Source: a candidate division FCPU426 bacterium (GTDB lineage Bacteria; Oederibacteriota; Muellerivitia; Muellerivitales; Muellerivitaceae). Taken from it: a stretch of DNA of 64,000 nt. Below the pieces are notes generated by a model that saw nothing but the letters and a program-made list of their open reading frames with translations, was not told the DNA's origin and searched no databases. Made by a program: the position numbers and the translations under genes. Within the stretch, counting starts at the first letter, position 1. Each line of letters opens with the position of its first letter. The stretch is taken from the NCBI GenBank assembly GCA_027452205.1, contig DAIDGV010000015.1, forward strand, positions 11,111 to 75,110, written 5' to 3'. Below are positions 37,704 to 47,714 of this stretch, piece after piece.

Positions 37704-37798
37704 ATTTCCTCCTAAAGGAAAACAAACTAATGATTTGGTGCTTTCACGGGACTTCAATGGAGCCGCGCGCCTGGTCCACCTGGGACACAAGGGAGCAA

Positions 37799-37827
37799 AT
37801 TCTAGAAATAGGCCCCTGCTTTGTCAA
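37799..37827 (-). promoter_or_regulatory. Sigma70 promoter of the rpsP operon
   Basis: TTGACA-17 nt-TAGAAT. Confidence 0.85.
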
Positions 37828-37884
37828 GAAAATAGGCCTAAATCAAGGGTTTTGGGAGCTTTGGGAATGAAAACGAAGGAAAAA

Positions 37885-37960
37885 TGGAGCTGGGGACCGG
37901 GAACGATCCGGCGACCTACTGTTTACGAAACAGTTGCTCTACCAACTGAGCTACCCCAGC
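37885..37960 (-). tRNA. tRNA-Thr(CGT)
   Basis: GCTGGGGTAGCTCAGTTGGTAGAGCAACTGTTTCGTAAACAGTAGGTCGCCGGATCGTTCCCGGTCCCCAGCTCCA; 76 nt cloverleaf with atypical T-loop. Confidence 0.95.
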
Positions 37961-38068
37961 CCGAGGTGAAGGCCCGTTTTTAATGGGCCGCCCTACACCG
38001 AGCCCACCAGGCGAGGCGTGGGACTTGGTCACGCCATTCCAACGGAAATGGTGTTTCAAGGGAGAGGA

Positions 38069-38097
38069 ATCTTACTCACCCTCGCCCTGCCCGTCAA
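38069..38097 (-). promoter_or_regulatory. Sigma70 promoter of tRNA-Thr
   Basis: TTGACG-17 nt-TAAGAT. Confidence 0.78.
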
Positions 38098-38102
38098 TCC
38101 GC

Positions 38103-38300
38103 TTACTTCGACACATCCTCGATCAGGCCTAAACAGACCAATTCGACCGCCAGCCAGACCGTGGCATAAATGATGAAATCCGAGATCAAATGACGGCCCG
38201 CGCCCAAAGCATAGCTGAACAGGGAGAAAACCGTGTAATTCAAGAACCACAGCACGATCGCCAACCGGGGTAAACTGAAATTCTTCATCGAACCCTCCAT
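38103..38300 (-). CDS. Small two-TM membrane protein
   Basis: 65-aa ORF directly after ruvA; GGAGG precedes an internal ATG. Confidence 0.6.
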   Translation of the reverse strand: MEGSMKNFSLPRLAIVLWFLNYTVFSLFSYALGAGRHLISDFIIYATVWLAVELVCLGLIEDVSK

Positions 38301-38310
38301 CTGGATCGGA

Positions 38311-38916
38311 TCAACCGACCACTGATTTTAAACTAGCCCTAAGGACTTCCTCAACCGTCGCTTTATCGCCTAAAGCCTGCATCGAGGACAAGACCGCCCG
38401 GCGAGATTCCACCGCCGAATAGCCCAGGGCCATCATGGCCTGCAGCGCGTCGGATAGGGCCTTGGACTCGGACCCTAAAACGCTCTCCTCGTTCAATACT
38501 CCCGCCCCCATCATTTTGGTTACCTTGTCCTTCAGCTCCAGAACCAAATGCTGGGCCGTTTTTTGACCGATACCGGGGATGGACTTGAGTCCCCCCAGGT
38601 CATTGCGTAGGATCGCCTCAAAAAAAGCTTCCGGTGAATAGGTGGACAGCATGTTCATCGCCGCCTTGGGCCCCACCCCGGACACCGACAAAGCCATCAA
38701 GAAGGCCTGCTTCTCCGAGTCTTTCAAAAAACCGAACAACTGTTGCGTGTCTTCCCTCACATGCAGATAGGTCTTGAGCGTCACGCCCTTCCCCACCGCC
38801 GGGACCGCTTGGAGCGTCTTTTGGGAAACGAAGATCTCATAACCCACGCCATTCACATCCACTTCGACCCGGTCCGCCAGTTTCGCGGCCAACACACCCT
38901 GCAAAAAGGCGATCAC
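38311..38916 (-). CDS. ruvA: Holliday junction branch migration protein RuvA
   Basis: GTG 38916 after GGAGG; DVNGVGYEI, HVRED...LFGF, VSGVGPK, IPGIGQKTA. Confidence 0.96.
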   Translation of the reverse strand: MIAFLQGVLAAKLADRVEVDVNGVGYEIFVSQKTLQAVPAVGKGVTLKTYLHVREDTQQLFGFLKDSEKQAFLMALSVSGVGPKAAMNMLSTYSPEAFFEAILRNDLGGLKSIPGIGQKTAQHLVLELKDKVTKMMGAGVLNEESVLGSESKALSDALQAMMALGYSAVESRRAVLSSMQALGDKATVEEVLRASLKSVVG

Positions 38917-38938
38917 AAGCCCTCCAAAAACCATCGGA

Positions 38939-38998
38939 AATTTCAAATCTTAAATTTTTAATTCTTAATTTAAAACTCAAAATTCCGCCCTTTGGGCG
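38939..38998. repeat. Heptamer-family element (copy D) plus small GC hairpin
   Basis: AATTTCA AATCTTA AATTTTT AATTCTT AATTTAA AACTCAA AATT followed by CGCCC-TTT-GGGCG. Confidence 0.7.
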
Positions 38999-38999
38999 A

Positions 39000-39572
39000 T
39001 TAATCTTCCAAGAACTTCAAATGCACCAAGATATGCAGCAGTTCTTCCACCTGGGTCAGGGCCGGCACGTCCTTGTTCTGGGTGGCCGCGTACCAGAAGG
39101 ACACGACGTTGGAATCCAACCAGATGCCCTTGGTCTCGAAATCCTCGTCGATAACTAAAGCTTTATAGAAATGCTCGTCCAACTCATTAGGCGAAATAGG
39201 GCTAGTCAAGCCCGAGGAACGCAGCTTGATATGTTCTTTGGCTTGGTTGAAATAACGTTGGTCCTCTTCGTTCAGGTTCTCGAAGACCACCTGGGCCGCT
39301 TCGCGGTCGATGCCCTCCAGGATGCTCTTATCGACCCACACACCCATATTCTGATCGTCCCACAGGTACTCATGACCTTGGTGTTCCAAAAGGACCATGG
39401 GTTGGCCGCTATCCGGGCTGATCTTGTCGGTCTTGCCCTTGTTCTCGGTATCTTTCAAGAAATCCTCAGCGGTGACATTGAACTTTTCATCCACCGGGTA
39501 TCCGCATTCGGCGCAATAACGGGCGTTATCGGCCAGCTTAACATGGCAATTTTTGCATTTCGCTAAAGACAT
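39000..39572 (-). CDS. Zinc-ribbon protein with two degenerate (Cys-less) zf-TFIIB-like modules
   Basis: CKNC...CAECG; SPDSGQPM...GVWVDKSILE and SPISPNEL...IDEDFETKGIWLD. Confidence 0.65.
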   Translation of the reverse strand: MSLAKCKNCHVKLADNARYCAECGYPVDEKFNVTAEDFLKDTENKGKTDKISPDSGQPMVLLEHQGHEYLWDDQNMGVWVDKSILEGIDREAAQVVFENLNEEDQRYFNQAKEHIKLRSSGLTSPISPNELDEHFYKALVIDEDFETKGIWLDSNVVSFWYAATQNKDVPALTQVEELLHILVHLKFLED

Positions 39573-39580
39573 AGATTCTC

Positions 39581-40150
39581 CTATCGTTTCAAAAACGTCG
39601 AGTTCACTGGGCTCTTCGAGAGCCGTTTCACCGCTTCCGACAACTGAGTTCCCGAACTTTGCGCGTGCGCGATGGCAATGGCCAAGGCGTCCGCCGTGTC
39701 GTCAGGCTTTGGGACCTCTTGAAGACCCAACAACAACTTCACCATCTTCTGCACTTGCTGCTTATCCGCGGCACCGAATCCGGCCACCGCTTGTTTGACT
39801 TCCGACGGCTTGTACTCAAAAATCGGCACCTTCGCTAAACCGCAGGCCAATAGGGCCACACCCCGGGCCTGCCCCACCGCGATCGCCGTTTTGACGTTGC
39901 GGGAAAAAAACAACTCTTCCATCGCCACCACATCCGGCTTGGCCTTTTTCAGGACCCGTTGGACCTTTTCGAACATCACCGCCAGCCGTTCTTCCAGCGG
40001 CGTATGGGCTTCCGTCGTCAAGGTACCGTAATCCAACGCCTTGAGCTGGCTACCCTTCTGTGTCACCACCCCATAACCCATCCGAGCCAACCCTGGATCG
40101 ATCCCGAGAACGATCTTGGGCACAAAGGCCTGGAGTTTCTTATCGATCAA
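39581..40150 (-). CDS. ruvC: Holliday junction resolvase RuvC
   Basis: LGIDPG, EELFF..N, VGQARGV, PDDTADALAIAIAH; true start may be GTG 40123. Confidence 0.96.
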   Translation of the reverse strand: MIDKKLQAFVPKIVLGIDPGLARMGYGVVTQKGSQLKALDYGTLTTEAHTPLEERLAVMFEKVQRVLKKAKPDVVAMEELFFSRNVKTAIAVGQARGVALLACGLAKVPIFEYKPSEVKQAVAGFGAADKQQVQKMVKLLLGLQEVPKPDDTADALAIAIAHAQSSGTQLSEAVKRLSKSPVNSTFLKR

Positions 40151-40889
40151 GCTTCGCCATGATCTCGTCGCTCACCTCGAAATTCGCGTAGACGTTCTGC
40201 ACATCCTCGTAATCGTCCAACGCGTCATAGAGATTCAAGACCGACGAGGCCTTTTTTTCGTCCAAGACCACGGTGGTCTTGGGAATGAACGTCACTTCCG
40301 CGCTTTCGGCGGCGATCTTTTTGTCCTCGATCGCCTTCTTCACCTGGTCGAAAGCTTCCGGCGGGGTAAGGATTTCATATACATCCGCCTTGTCCGTTTT
40401 CAGGTCTTCCGCGCCGGCTTCCAATACCAAACCCATCAGGTCATCTTCGCCGATGGCGTCTTTCTTCACGATCAACTGTCCCTTCTTTTCAAAGAGAAAC
40501 GACACTGAGCCGGAAGCACCCATGTTGCCGCCATTCTTGTCGAAAATGGAACGGATATCCGCCGCGGTCCGGTTGCGATTGTCCGTCACCGCTTCGACTA
40601 GAACAGCCACACCGGCAGGGGCGTAACCTTCATAGACGACTTCTTCGATGGCCGCCGACGCTTCGGCGCCCGTCCCCTTATTGATCGCCCTTTTGACCGT
40701 ATCCATGGGCATGCTGACTTCTTTAGCTTTTAAAAGGATCGCGCGCAACCGAACATTGGAATCCGGGTCACCGCCAGACTTAGCGGCCAATTGAATCTCC
40801 TTGGACAAACGGGAAAAGATCTTTCCGCGCTTTTCATCCAAGGCGCCCTTGTATCTTTTGACCTTCGACCACTTACTATGTCCGCTCAT
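40140..40889 (-). CDS. yebC: YebC/PmpR family protein
   Basis: MSGHSKW, YEGYAPAGVA, TDNRNRT, DVQNVYAN. Confidence 0.96.
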   Translation of the reverse strand: MSGHSKWSKVKRYKGALDEKRGKIFSRLSKEIQLAAKSGGDPDSNVRLRAILLKAKEVSMPMDTVKRAINKGTGAEASAAIEEVVYEGYAPAGVAVLVEAVTDNRNRTAADIRSIFDKNGGNMGASGSVSFLFEKKGQLIVKKDAIGEDDLMGLVLEAGAEDLKTDKADVYEILTPPEAFDQVKKAIEDKKIAAESAEVTFIPKTTVVLDEKKASSVLNLYDALDDYEDVQNVYANFEVSDEIMAKLDR

Positions 40890-41154
40890 GCCTAGCCTCT
40901 AATTTTCTAAGTAAAAAGTTCACAAACTTCGCTTTTTCCGACCGAACTGCCTTTGAGCTTTTTTTTCCCGTCGAAAAATAAAGGTTTTCGATGAAAAAAA
41001 AGTGCCCTTAAACGACAAAAGGCCGCTTTCTTGACGGGAAAACCCAAGAAAGCGAACCTTTGTTGAGAGGAATTATATCGTAGGGTAATTGGCGATAGCC
41101 AGAGAAAAGGCATTAAGAAAGAGGCAAAACCACGAATTTAGAGGGATTTTACCG

Positions 41155-42399
41155 CTATTGCGAAACGATCTTGAGGAAAACCTTACCCGCCCGGATCAGT
41201 CCGGCCTCACCGGCGGTCAAGTCAATCGCTTCGCTGAAGGACACGACCTTCCGTTTTTCTTGGGCACCGTTCACCCATTCCACCGCGCCTTGTTCGATGA
41301 GACGCTTTGCGTCGCTCTTGGATTTGACGATACCGACGGCCACCATGAAATCCGCGGCTTTATAGGAACCGGGCGCCATCGGGACTTGTTTGTAATCGAC
41401 CGATTGATCCAAGTTGTGGCGGTTCTCGAAATAGTTCCAAGCTTCTTGGGCTTTGGTCTCGTCATAGAAACGGCGGGTGATTTCCTTAGCGAGCTCTTGT
41501 TTGGCTTGCTTCGGATGATAAGACCCATTGGCCACTTCGGTCTTGCGGGCCTGCCAGGCAGCCGCTGGCATATCGGACAACAGTTCGTAATATTTCCACA
41601 TTAGCTCATCCGAAACGCTCATCAGCTTAGCGAACATTTGGTTCGGCTCTTCGGTCACACCCACATAATTGCCCAGGCTCTTGGACATTTTCTTGACCCC
41701 GTCCAATCCTTCCAAGATCGGCATAGCGATGATGACCTCTGCTTTTTGACCCGCTTCTTCCTGCAGAGCCCGGCCGACCAGGCAGTTGAACTTTTGGTCG
41801 GTGCCGCACATTTCGATATCGGACTCCAAGGCCACCGAATCGTAACCCTGGATGAGCGGATACAAAAGCTCATGCATGCTGATGGGTTTTTGTTCTTTCA
41901 TGCGGTTGGTGAAGTCATCCCTTTCCAGGATGCGGGCAACCGTGTATTTGGATGTGAGGCGGATGACATCCTCAAAGGACATGGGCCGACACCATTCGCT
42001 GTTGTAGCGGATCTCGATCTTGGCTGGGTCCTTGTCCAAGATCTTGAAGATCTGTTCTTGGTAGGTCTTGGCATTCGATTCCACTTCTTCGCGGGTCAGG
42101 GGCTTGCGAGTGACCGACTTGCCCGTTGGGTCGCCGATCATGGCGGTAAAATCGCCCATGAGGAATTGAACTTTGTGCCCAAGGTCCTGGAATTGACGAA
42201 GCTTACGAAGGACTACCGTATGGCCCAGATGGATATCCGGCGCAGTGGGGTCCGCCCCCATCTTCACCTTCAGGGGCCGACCCTCTTTGTAGGACTCTTT
42301 AAGCTTCTCGAGCAATTCATGCTTCGAGATGACTTCGGCGACGCCTTGAAGGAGCAACTCCAACTGTTGTTCCGGGGTATGGGTAAAAGTGGTTTTCAT
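41155..42399 (-). CDS. tyrS: Tyrosine--tRNA ligase
   Basis: [35 protein letters not shown]4-like C-terminus; start moved to ATG 42399. Confidence 0.97.
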   Translation of the reverse strand: MKTTFTHTPEQQLELLLQGVAEVISKHELLEKLKESYKEGRPLKVKMGADPTAPDIHLGHTVVLRKLRQFQDLGHKVQFLMGDFTAMIGDPTGKSVTRKPLTREEVESNAKTYQEQIFKILDKDPAKIEIRYNSEWCRPMSFEDVIRLTSKYTVARILERDDFTNRMKEQKPISMHELLYPLIQGYDSVALESDIEMCGTDQKFNCLVGRALQEEAGQKAEVIIAMPILEGLDGVKKMSKSLGNYVGVTEEPNQMFAKLMSVSDELMWKYYELLSDMPAAAWQARKTEVANGSYHPKQAKQELAKEITRRFYDETKAQEAWNYFENRHNLDQSVDYKQVPMAPGSYKAADFMVAVGIVKSKSDAKRLIEQGAVEWVNGAQEKRKVVSFSEAIDLTAGEAGLIRAGKVFLKIVSQ

Positions 42400-42524
42400 A
42401 GGGGCGTCATCATAACAAAAGAGCGCAGGTTTTTGGCCTTCCACCAACGCCAAAAGAAGCCTAACCCGCTGGTCAAAACAGGGCCGAAAGCTATAATGAA
42501 CCCCTCCAAAAGCCTTTTCATTCC

Positions 42525-44768
42525 ATGGTCCGAGGAACTCTTTTGCCTATCGAAAAACCCGCCAAGTCCGTTGGGAATACGCTGAAAAATCTTTTCTTCA
42601 TCGCCTTCGCCCTGCTGGGTGTGGTGGGCGGTGTGCTCTATGCCCAATTACAAGAACTGCCCGACATCGCCAACTTGAACGACTTCAAGACCTCGGAAGC
42701 CACCCATATTTACGATATCAATGGCAATCTCATCAGCCAGCTCTGGCTGGAACAACGAACCATCGTCAACCTGGACCAGATCCCTCAAACCCTTCAGAAC
42801 GCCGTCATCGCCACCGAAGACGAGCGCTTTTACGAGCACTGGGGTATCGACCTGGTCGGTGTGGCCCGGGCCTTTATGGTCAATTTGACCTCCGGCGGCC
42901 TTCGCGAAGGTGCCAGCACCATCACCCAACAATTGGCCCGGACCCTCTTCCTGACCCAAGAAAAGACCCTCAGCCGTAAAATTCGCGAGGCCCTTCTTTC
43001 GGTCCAGATCGAAAAGAACTATTCGAAAAAACAGATACTCGAGATGTACCTGAATGACATTTATTACGGCGAGGGCGCCTATGGCGTTGAATCCGCTTCC
43101 CGAACTTATTTCGGCAAACATCTCGCCGACCTGACCCTGCCCGAATGCGCCATGCTGGCGGGCCTGCCCAAATCCCCCAATCATTTCGACCCCTATAAGT
43201 TCCCGCTTGAGGCCCTCAAGCGTCGCAACCTGGTCTTGGACCGAATGGTGGCTACCAACTTCATTAGCCAGCAAGAAGCCACCGATGCCAAGAACACCCC
43301 CATCGAGCTTAAGAAGATCGAGGTGCAGAACGCTCCTTATTTTGTGGAATATGTCCGCCAGCAACTGGAGGCCCGTTACGGATCCAACGCCGTTTATAAG
43401 GGCGGCCTGTCGGTTTACACCACCTTGGATATGAAGCTTCAGGAAGCCGCCCAAAGGGCACTGGCCCACGGGTTGGAGAATGCCGAGATCACCGCTCGCA
43501 AGAACCGCCTGACCAACATTCCCGTGGATCAGCCGATCCAAGGCGCCCTCTTGGCCATGGACCCGCACACCGGGGCAATCCGCGCCATGATCGGCGGGGT
43601 CGATTATCATAAGAGCGTGTTTAACCGGGCCATCCAGGCCCGCCGCCAACCCGGCTCGGCTTTCAAACCCATCATCTACACCGCCGCCATCGAGAACGGC
43701 TACACCATGGCGGATGTTTTCTTGGACGCCCCCATCGTTTATCCCGATCCGGTCACCGGAAAGCCCTGGAGACCTTTGAACTTTTCTGACAAGTTCCGCG
43801 GCCCGACCACCCTTCATACCGCTTTGATGTATTCCATTAACGTGGTCACCATCAAGCTTTTGGACAAATTGGGCATCCAGCCCGTCGTCAGCGTGGCCCG
43901 CCGTTTGGGTATCACTACCCCTATCAAACCCAATCTTTCCTTGGGTTTAGGCACTTCCGAAGTTTCCTTGGTGGAAATGGTGCAAGCCTTCTCGGTTTTC
44001 CCCAACCAGGGCGTGCGGGTCGAACCTTTCGCCATCCTCACCGTCAAGGATTCGAGCGGTCATGTATTGGAAAACAATACACCGGTCGGCGAAAGCGTTC
44101 TGGATCCTATGGTGGCCTACATCATGGTCCACACCATGAAAGACGTCATCGATAACGGTACCGGCCGCATCATCCGCCGTTTAGGGTTCGAATATCCCGC
44201 CGCGGGCAAGACAGGCACGACCAACGACAACGTGGACGCCTGGTTCATCGGTTACACGCCGGACCTGACCTGTGGGGTTTGGGTGGGTTATGACGAACGT
44301 CAAAGTTTGGGAAGGAAACAGACGGGCGGTGAGACCGCCGCTCCGATCTGGGCGGAGTTCATGAAAGCCGCCACCGCCGGCCAGCCCATCAAGGATTTCG
44401 AGCCTCCCAAGGGCGCCGATAGCGAATTGGTGACCAAGAAGATCTGTTTGACCAGCGGTCTTTTGGCTGGACCCGACTGCCCGGGTGTGCGGGATGAAAT
44501 ATTCAGGAAAGAAACCGCCCCGACCAAGTATTGCAATATTCATGTGGCTGGAAGCGGGGTCTTGACCACCGGGGATAGCACCAATGGTTCTTCCAACTCT
44601 CCTTCGGCCAGCGGCGACATTTTAGAGATGGGTTCCCAGCCCGTGGTGAAAGCGGAAGCGACTGTTCCTGCGACCGCCAGCGTGACTGAAGCGGTGGAAA
44701 CCCCCACCCCTGTGGTAGGCACTAAAAAAGCTAGCGGCGAACAAGCCTATCCGGACGAAGGTTTCTAA
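42525..44768 (+). CDS. Class A penicillin-binding protein (PBP1A family)
   Basis: [27 protein letters not shown] (SxxK), SIN, KTGT. Confidence 0.96.
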   Translation: MVRGTLLPIEKPAKSVGNTLKNLFFIAFALLGVVGGVLYAQLQELPDIANLNDFKTSEATHIYDINGNLISQLWLEQRTIVNLDQIPQTLQNAVIATEDERFYEHWGIDLVGVARAFMVNLTSGGLREGASTITQQLARTLFLTQEKTLSRKIREALLSVQIEKNYSKKQILEMYLNDIYYGEGAYGVESASRTYFGKHLADLTLPECAMLAGLPKSPNHFDPYKFPLEALKRRNLVLDRMVATNFISQQEATDAKNTPIELKKIEVQNAPYFVEYVRQQLEARYGSNAVYKGGLSVYTTLDMKLQEAAQRALAHGLENAEITARKNRLTNIPVDQPIQGALLAMDPHTGAIRAMIGGVDYHKSVFNRAIQARRQPGSAFKPIIYTAAIENGYTMADVFLDAPIVYPDPVTGKPWRPLNFSDKFRGPTTLHTALMYSINVVTIKLLDKLGIQPVVSVARRLGITTPIKPNLSLGLGTSEVSLVEMVQAFSVFPNQGVRVEPFAILTVKDSSGHVLENNTPVGESVLDPMVAYIMVHTMKDVIDNGTGRIIRRLGFEYPAAGKTGTTNDNVDAWFIGYTPDLTCGVWVGYDERQSLGRKQTGGETAAPIWAEFMKAATAGQPIKDFEPPKGADSELVTKKICLTSGLLAGPDCPGVRDEIFRKETAPTKYCNIHVAGSGVLTTGDSTNGSSNSPSASGDILEMGSQPVVKAEATVPATASVTEAVETPTPVVGTKKASGEQAYPDEGF

Positions 44769-44789
44769 TAATTTTAGGTTCAAGACCGC

Positions 44790-45383
44790 TTAAGCGGTCT
44801 CGATGATCGGATAATCTCGGCGGATCTCATCTTCCGGCAGCGCGTTGTAATGCCACCACTCATGGGGCAACTGTAGGAATCCCCCGCCCGTCATCGCCTT
44901 TCTTAAGACCATCCGATTCTCCATTTGTTTGGCGGACAATTTTCCTTCTTGGATAAATCGCTCCTCGAACCGGGGTTCGGATATATCCCTGAAGTCATCG
45001 AAGCCCGCGCCCATATCGACCGTTTTTCCGTTCCCATCCAGCAAACCCAGGTCCAAGGCCATCCCAAAATTGTGCGGCGATCCCTTTTCCGGGTTCGCGA
45101 TATAGTTCTGGTCGTTGGTACCTTTCACCTTGGCCCACATCTTCCATTGGACCGACCGGGGACGCAGGGCGTCGTAAATGATGAAAGACCAATCCGGCCT
45201 TTGGTGTCGAAGGAATTCGATCGCGAGGGAGTATTTGATCGCGGCATCTTTATGCAAATAAGCCTGGGTGAAGGAACCATAAAGGTTCTCTTTCATGAAA
45301 TTGTCGGTAGAGGCGTATTTCAGATCGATAACAGTGGCTGGAAAGGCTGCCAGACCGACATAGAGCGGATTGGTTTCCAGCAA
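44790..45383 (-). CDS. ddpX: D-Ala-D-Ala dipeptidase (M15, VanX/DdpX family)
   Basis: LKYASTDNF, YDALRP, SPHNFGMALD (SxHxxGxAxD), EWWHY. Confidence 0.92.
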   Translation of the reverse strand: MLETNPLYVGLAAFPATVIDLKYASTDNFMKENLYGSFTQAYLHKDAAIKYSLAIEFLRHQRPDWSFIIYDALRPRSVQWKMWAKVKGTNDQNYIANPEKGSPHNFGMALDLGLLDGNGKTVDMGAGFDDFRDISEPRFEERFIQEGKLSAKQMENRMVLRKAMTGGGFLQLPHEWWHYNALPEDEIRRDYPIIETA

Positions 45384-45406
45384 GGGGGCCTCAGACGAAG
45401 AAAGAC

Positions 45407-47485
45407 TTACTTTTTAGGAGCGGCAAAATCCAGGCCCGAATCCATTGGGGGCGCCTGCATCCCATCCACGTCCAGGTCCTGTTTCGGGGCCGGGGCTGAG
45501 GTTTGGGATTGAAGCGGAGCGGGTGCTGCGTTGTTGACCGGTACCATCGGGGCTTGAATATTGGAATTAGCAGAGTTATCGCCAAAATCAGGCGGCGGAG
45601 GGACTGCACCTGTTAAAGAAGCGCCGGGCGCGGCGGGAGCCGCCAGGGGCGCAGAAGCGCCAGTTGGAGCGGAAACAGTCGCGACCAAAGCCGGGGCGGA
45701 AGAAGCCGAACTGGCTGCGGGTGCCGCTGAACCGACCGCCGGAGCGCTTATTCCACCCATTGGAGCGGAGGTCATCGGAGGAGGAGGCGGAACGACCGCT
45801 GAGCCGCTGTTGGATGGCAGTGGGGTCATGGTTGGAACAACTACTGTGGGTGTATCGGTATAAGTATTGGTGTAGACCGTCGTAAAGGTATAGGTCGGGG
45901 TCATGGTAAAAGTGGCCGTGATCGCCGGGGTATCGGTCGAGGTATTGACCGGGGTATCCGTAAAAGTCGCAGCGACCGACGAAGTATTCGAGCTGACCGT
46001 CGGAACGGCTGTGGCGACCATGGCTTGGATATTCGCATTGGGCGAACCAGCCGAGGTCAGGTCCGGTGGCATGGGAGGAGCGGGTACCGCTTCTGAAGGA
46101 GCGCTCGGCGTGGTTGCGGTCGAGGCTGCTTGAGCGGTCGCCACGATCGAGGCCAGGTCGTCCGAGGTCATGCCGTTCCCGCCCAAAGCGAAGGTCGCAG
46201 TGGCGGTAGGGACGGTCGCGCCTTGAGAGGTCGGGATCGAGACTGGCGCGTTCGGGGTTTCGGCGGGCGTCACATTGGCGGCCATTTGACCTAAAGCCGG
46301 AGGCTCGGGAGCAGAAGGAGACAGCATCGGGGGCGCGGGAATACCGGAAGTGACCGGTTCTGGTGCGGCGGGAGCAGCGGATACCGCCGGGGCAGCAGCC
46401 GGAGCAACGGGAGCGGCCTGGGCGGCAGCAGCAGGGGCAGCCGAGACCGAAGCGGTCATCGCTGGAGGGGCGGCAAGTTCACTCGACATGGCCAAGGTCG
46501 GTGTCGGCATCGGCGGGACCGGCGTATTCGTCGGAGCCGGCATGGTCGGTGTCATCGTTGGAGGCGGGGTCATGGTCTTCATTTTGGCTTCCATGGCCAG
46601 CACATCTGACTCGCTTTGCTTTTGACGATAAGCCTTCAAAGCGGCCTTGGCCGCGGCATCCGCTCGGCGATCCTCGGCTTCCGCTTGATCGGACATGGAT
46701 TTGGTAATGACCGGTAGTTCACTGCGCAAATAGGACCGGAGGATATCTTTTAAGTCCTTCATCGGGCTGATAGAAACAGTACCCCTGATCTTGTTCTTGA
46801 CGCTTGTCGGGCTCATGGTGCCCCAATAGTTGCCGCCCAACTTGGCTTTGGTGGCGTTGTTCACCACTTCCGAATCGTTATCGTGAATGCTGTTATTCAG
46901 GAAGACCAACTTGGCAAAATCCTTCAAATAAAGACCGTAAGTATTCTGGACCAGAGTATTGAACTGGATGTCGGCTTCCACCGGACCATCCAACACGACG
47001 CCCGTCGCGTTGCCATAGAATTTGTTGTTCTTGAGATGGGCCACCGTCGTGCCCTTGAGATAAAGACCCGAGCCCTTGGTCACTTCGGAAGCGTCCATAC
47101 GGATGGTCGCGTCCTGGACCAGGAAGACCCCGTCCGTCACTTTGATGTTGGTCAAGAAAGCCTCGCCGCCATCGATAAAGAGGGCGCTTTGAAGACCGCC
47201 ATCGGTCATGTTGAAGACCGCCGGAGCCGCCGCCGAAGCTGCCACTTTCAAGTCGCCTCCTATTTCCAGGGTGGCAGGACCTTGAAAAACCACTTGGACG
47301 CCCGGGCCGATCTTGAGGGTCACACCGGGAGGCACGAGAACACGGCTTTGGATGATATAAGGGCTACCGCTTTGGTCCCATTGTGTATCGGTGCTCAAGG
47401 TGGCCCCCACATTGGTGGAAGCGCTCAGTTGGGAGGAAGCCCCTAACAGGATAAGTAAGGCAAAGATGGAAGAAATGCGCTTCAT
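45407..47485 (-). CDS. Secreted beta-helix protein with long Pro/Ala/Thr-rich tail
   Basis: Signal peptide; W...GSPY.I...V.VPPGVTLKIGPGV, N..YGN, NYWG; about 400-aa low-complexity C-terminus. Confidence 0.75.
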   Translation of the reverse strand: MKRISSIFALLILLGASSQLSASTNVGATLSTDTQWDQSGSPYIIQSRVLVPPGVTLKIGPGVQVVFQGPATLEIGGDLKVAASAAAPAVFNMTDGGLQSALFIDGGEAFLTNIKVTDGVFLVQDATIRMDASEVTKGSGLYLKGTTVAHLKNNKFYGNATGVVLDGPVEADIQFNTLVQNTYGLYLKDFAKLVFLNNSIHDNDSEVVNNATKAKLGGNYWGTMSPTSVKNKIRGTVSISPMKDLKDILRSYLRSELPVITKSMSDQAEAEDRRADAAAKAALKAYRQKQSESDVLAMEAKMKTMTPPPTMTPTMPAPTNTPVPPMPTPTLAMSSELAAPPAMTASVSAAPAAAAQAAPVAPAAAPAVSAAPAAPEPVTSGIPAPPMLSPSAPEPPALGQMAANVTPAETPNAPVSIPTSQGATVPTATATFALGGNGMTSDDLASIVATAQAASTATTPSAPSEAVPAPPMPPDLTSAGSPNANIQAMVATAVPTVSSNTSSVAATFTDTPVNTSTDTPAITATFTMTPTYTFTTVYTNTYTDTPTVVVPTMTPLPSNSGSAVVPPPPPMTSAPMGGISAPAVGSAAPAASSASSAPALVATVSAPTGASAPLAAPAAPGASLTGAVPPPPDFGDNSANSNIQAPMVPVNNAAPAPLQSQTSAPAPKQDLDVDGMQAPPMDSGLDFAAPKK

Positions 47486-47661
47486 AAAAGGGTAGCGGCC
47501 TCGAATAGAGTTTTAGATCAACGAAGCTGAACGACCAGTCTTACAAGCACGGCTTTTGGCCGAAAAAGTTCGGTTACTATAACACAAAACGTTATCACTC
47601 AAACCATAAAGCGGCTTCTGACGGGGCTCAAAAACCCATGTTTGCCAAGGTCCTTCCGGGC

Positions 47662-47695
47662 AAAAAAGAAGGGGACGGCCCGAAAGCCGTCCCCT
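47662..47695 (-). terminator. Intrinsic terminator after ppdK
   Basis: AAAAAAGA-AGGGGACGGC-CCGAAA-GCCGTCCCCT. Confidence 0.85.
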
Positions 47696-47714
47696 AGGAA
47701 AACCTATAAAGGCC

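Noticed and set aside
44790..45383. VanX-like gene as vancomycin resistance
   Set aside because: No vanA/vanH/vanRS nearby; stand-alone D-Ala-D-Ala dipeptidases are common in cell-wall recycling.
47611..47637. TGACGGGGCTC match to the 3' part of tRNA-Asp as a possible att site
   Set aside because: Only 11 bp exact, on the upstream side of the tRNA, and the 35 kb between is housekeeping with no integrase; likely chance.
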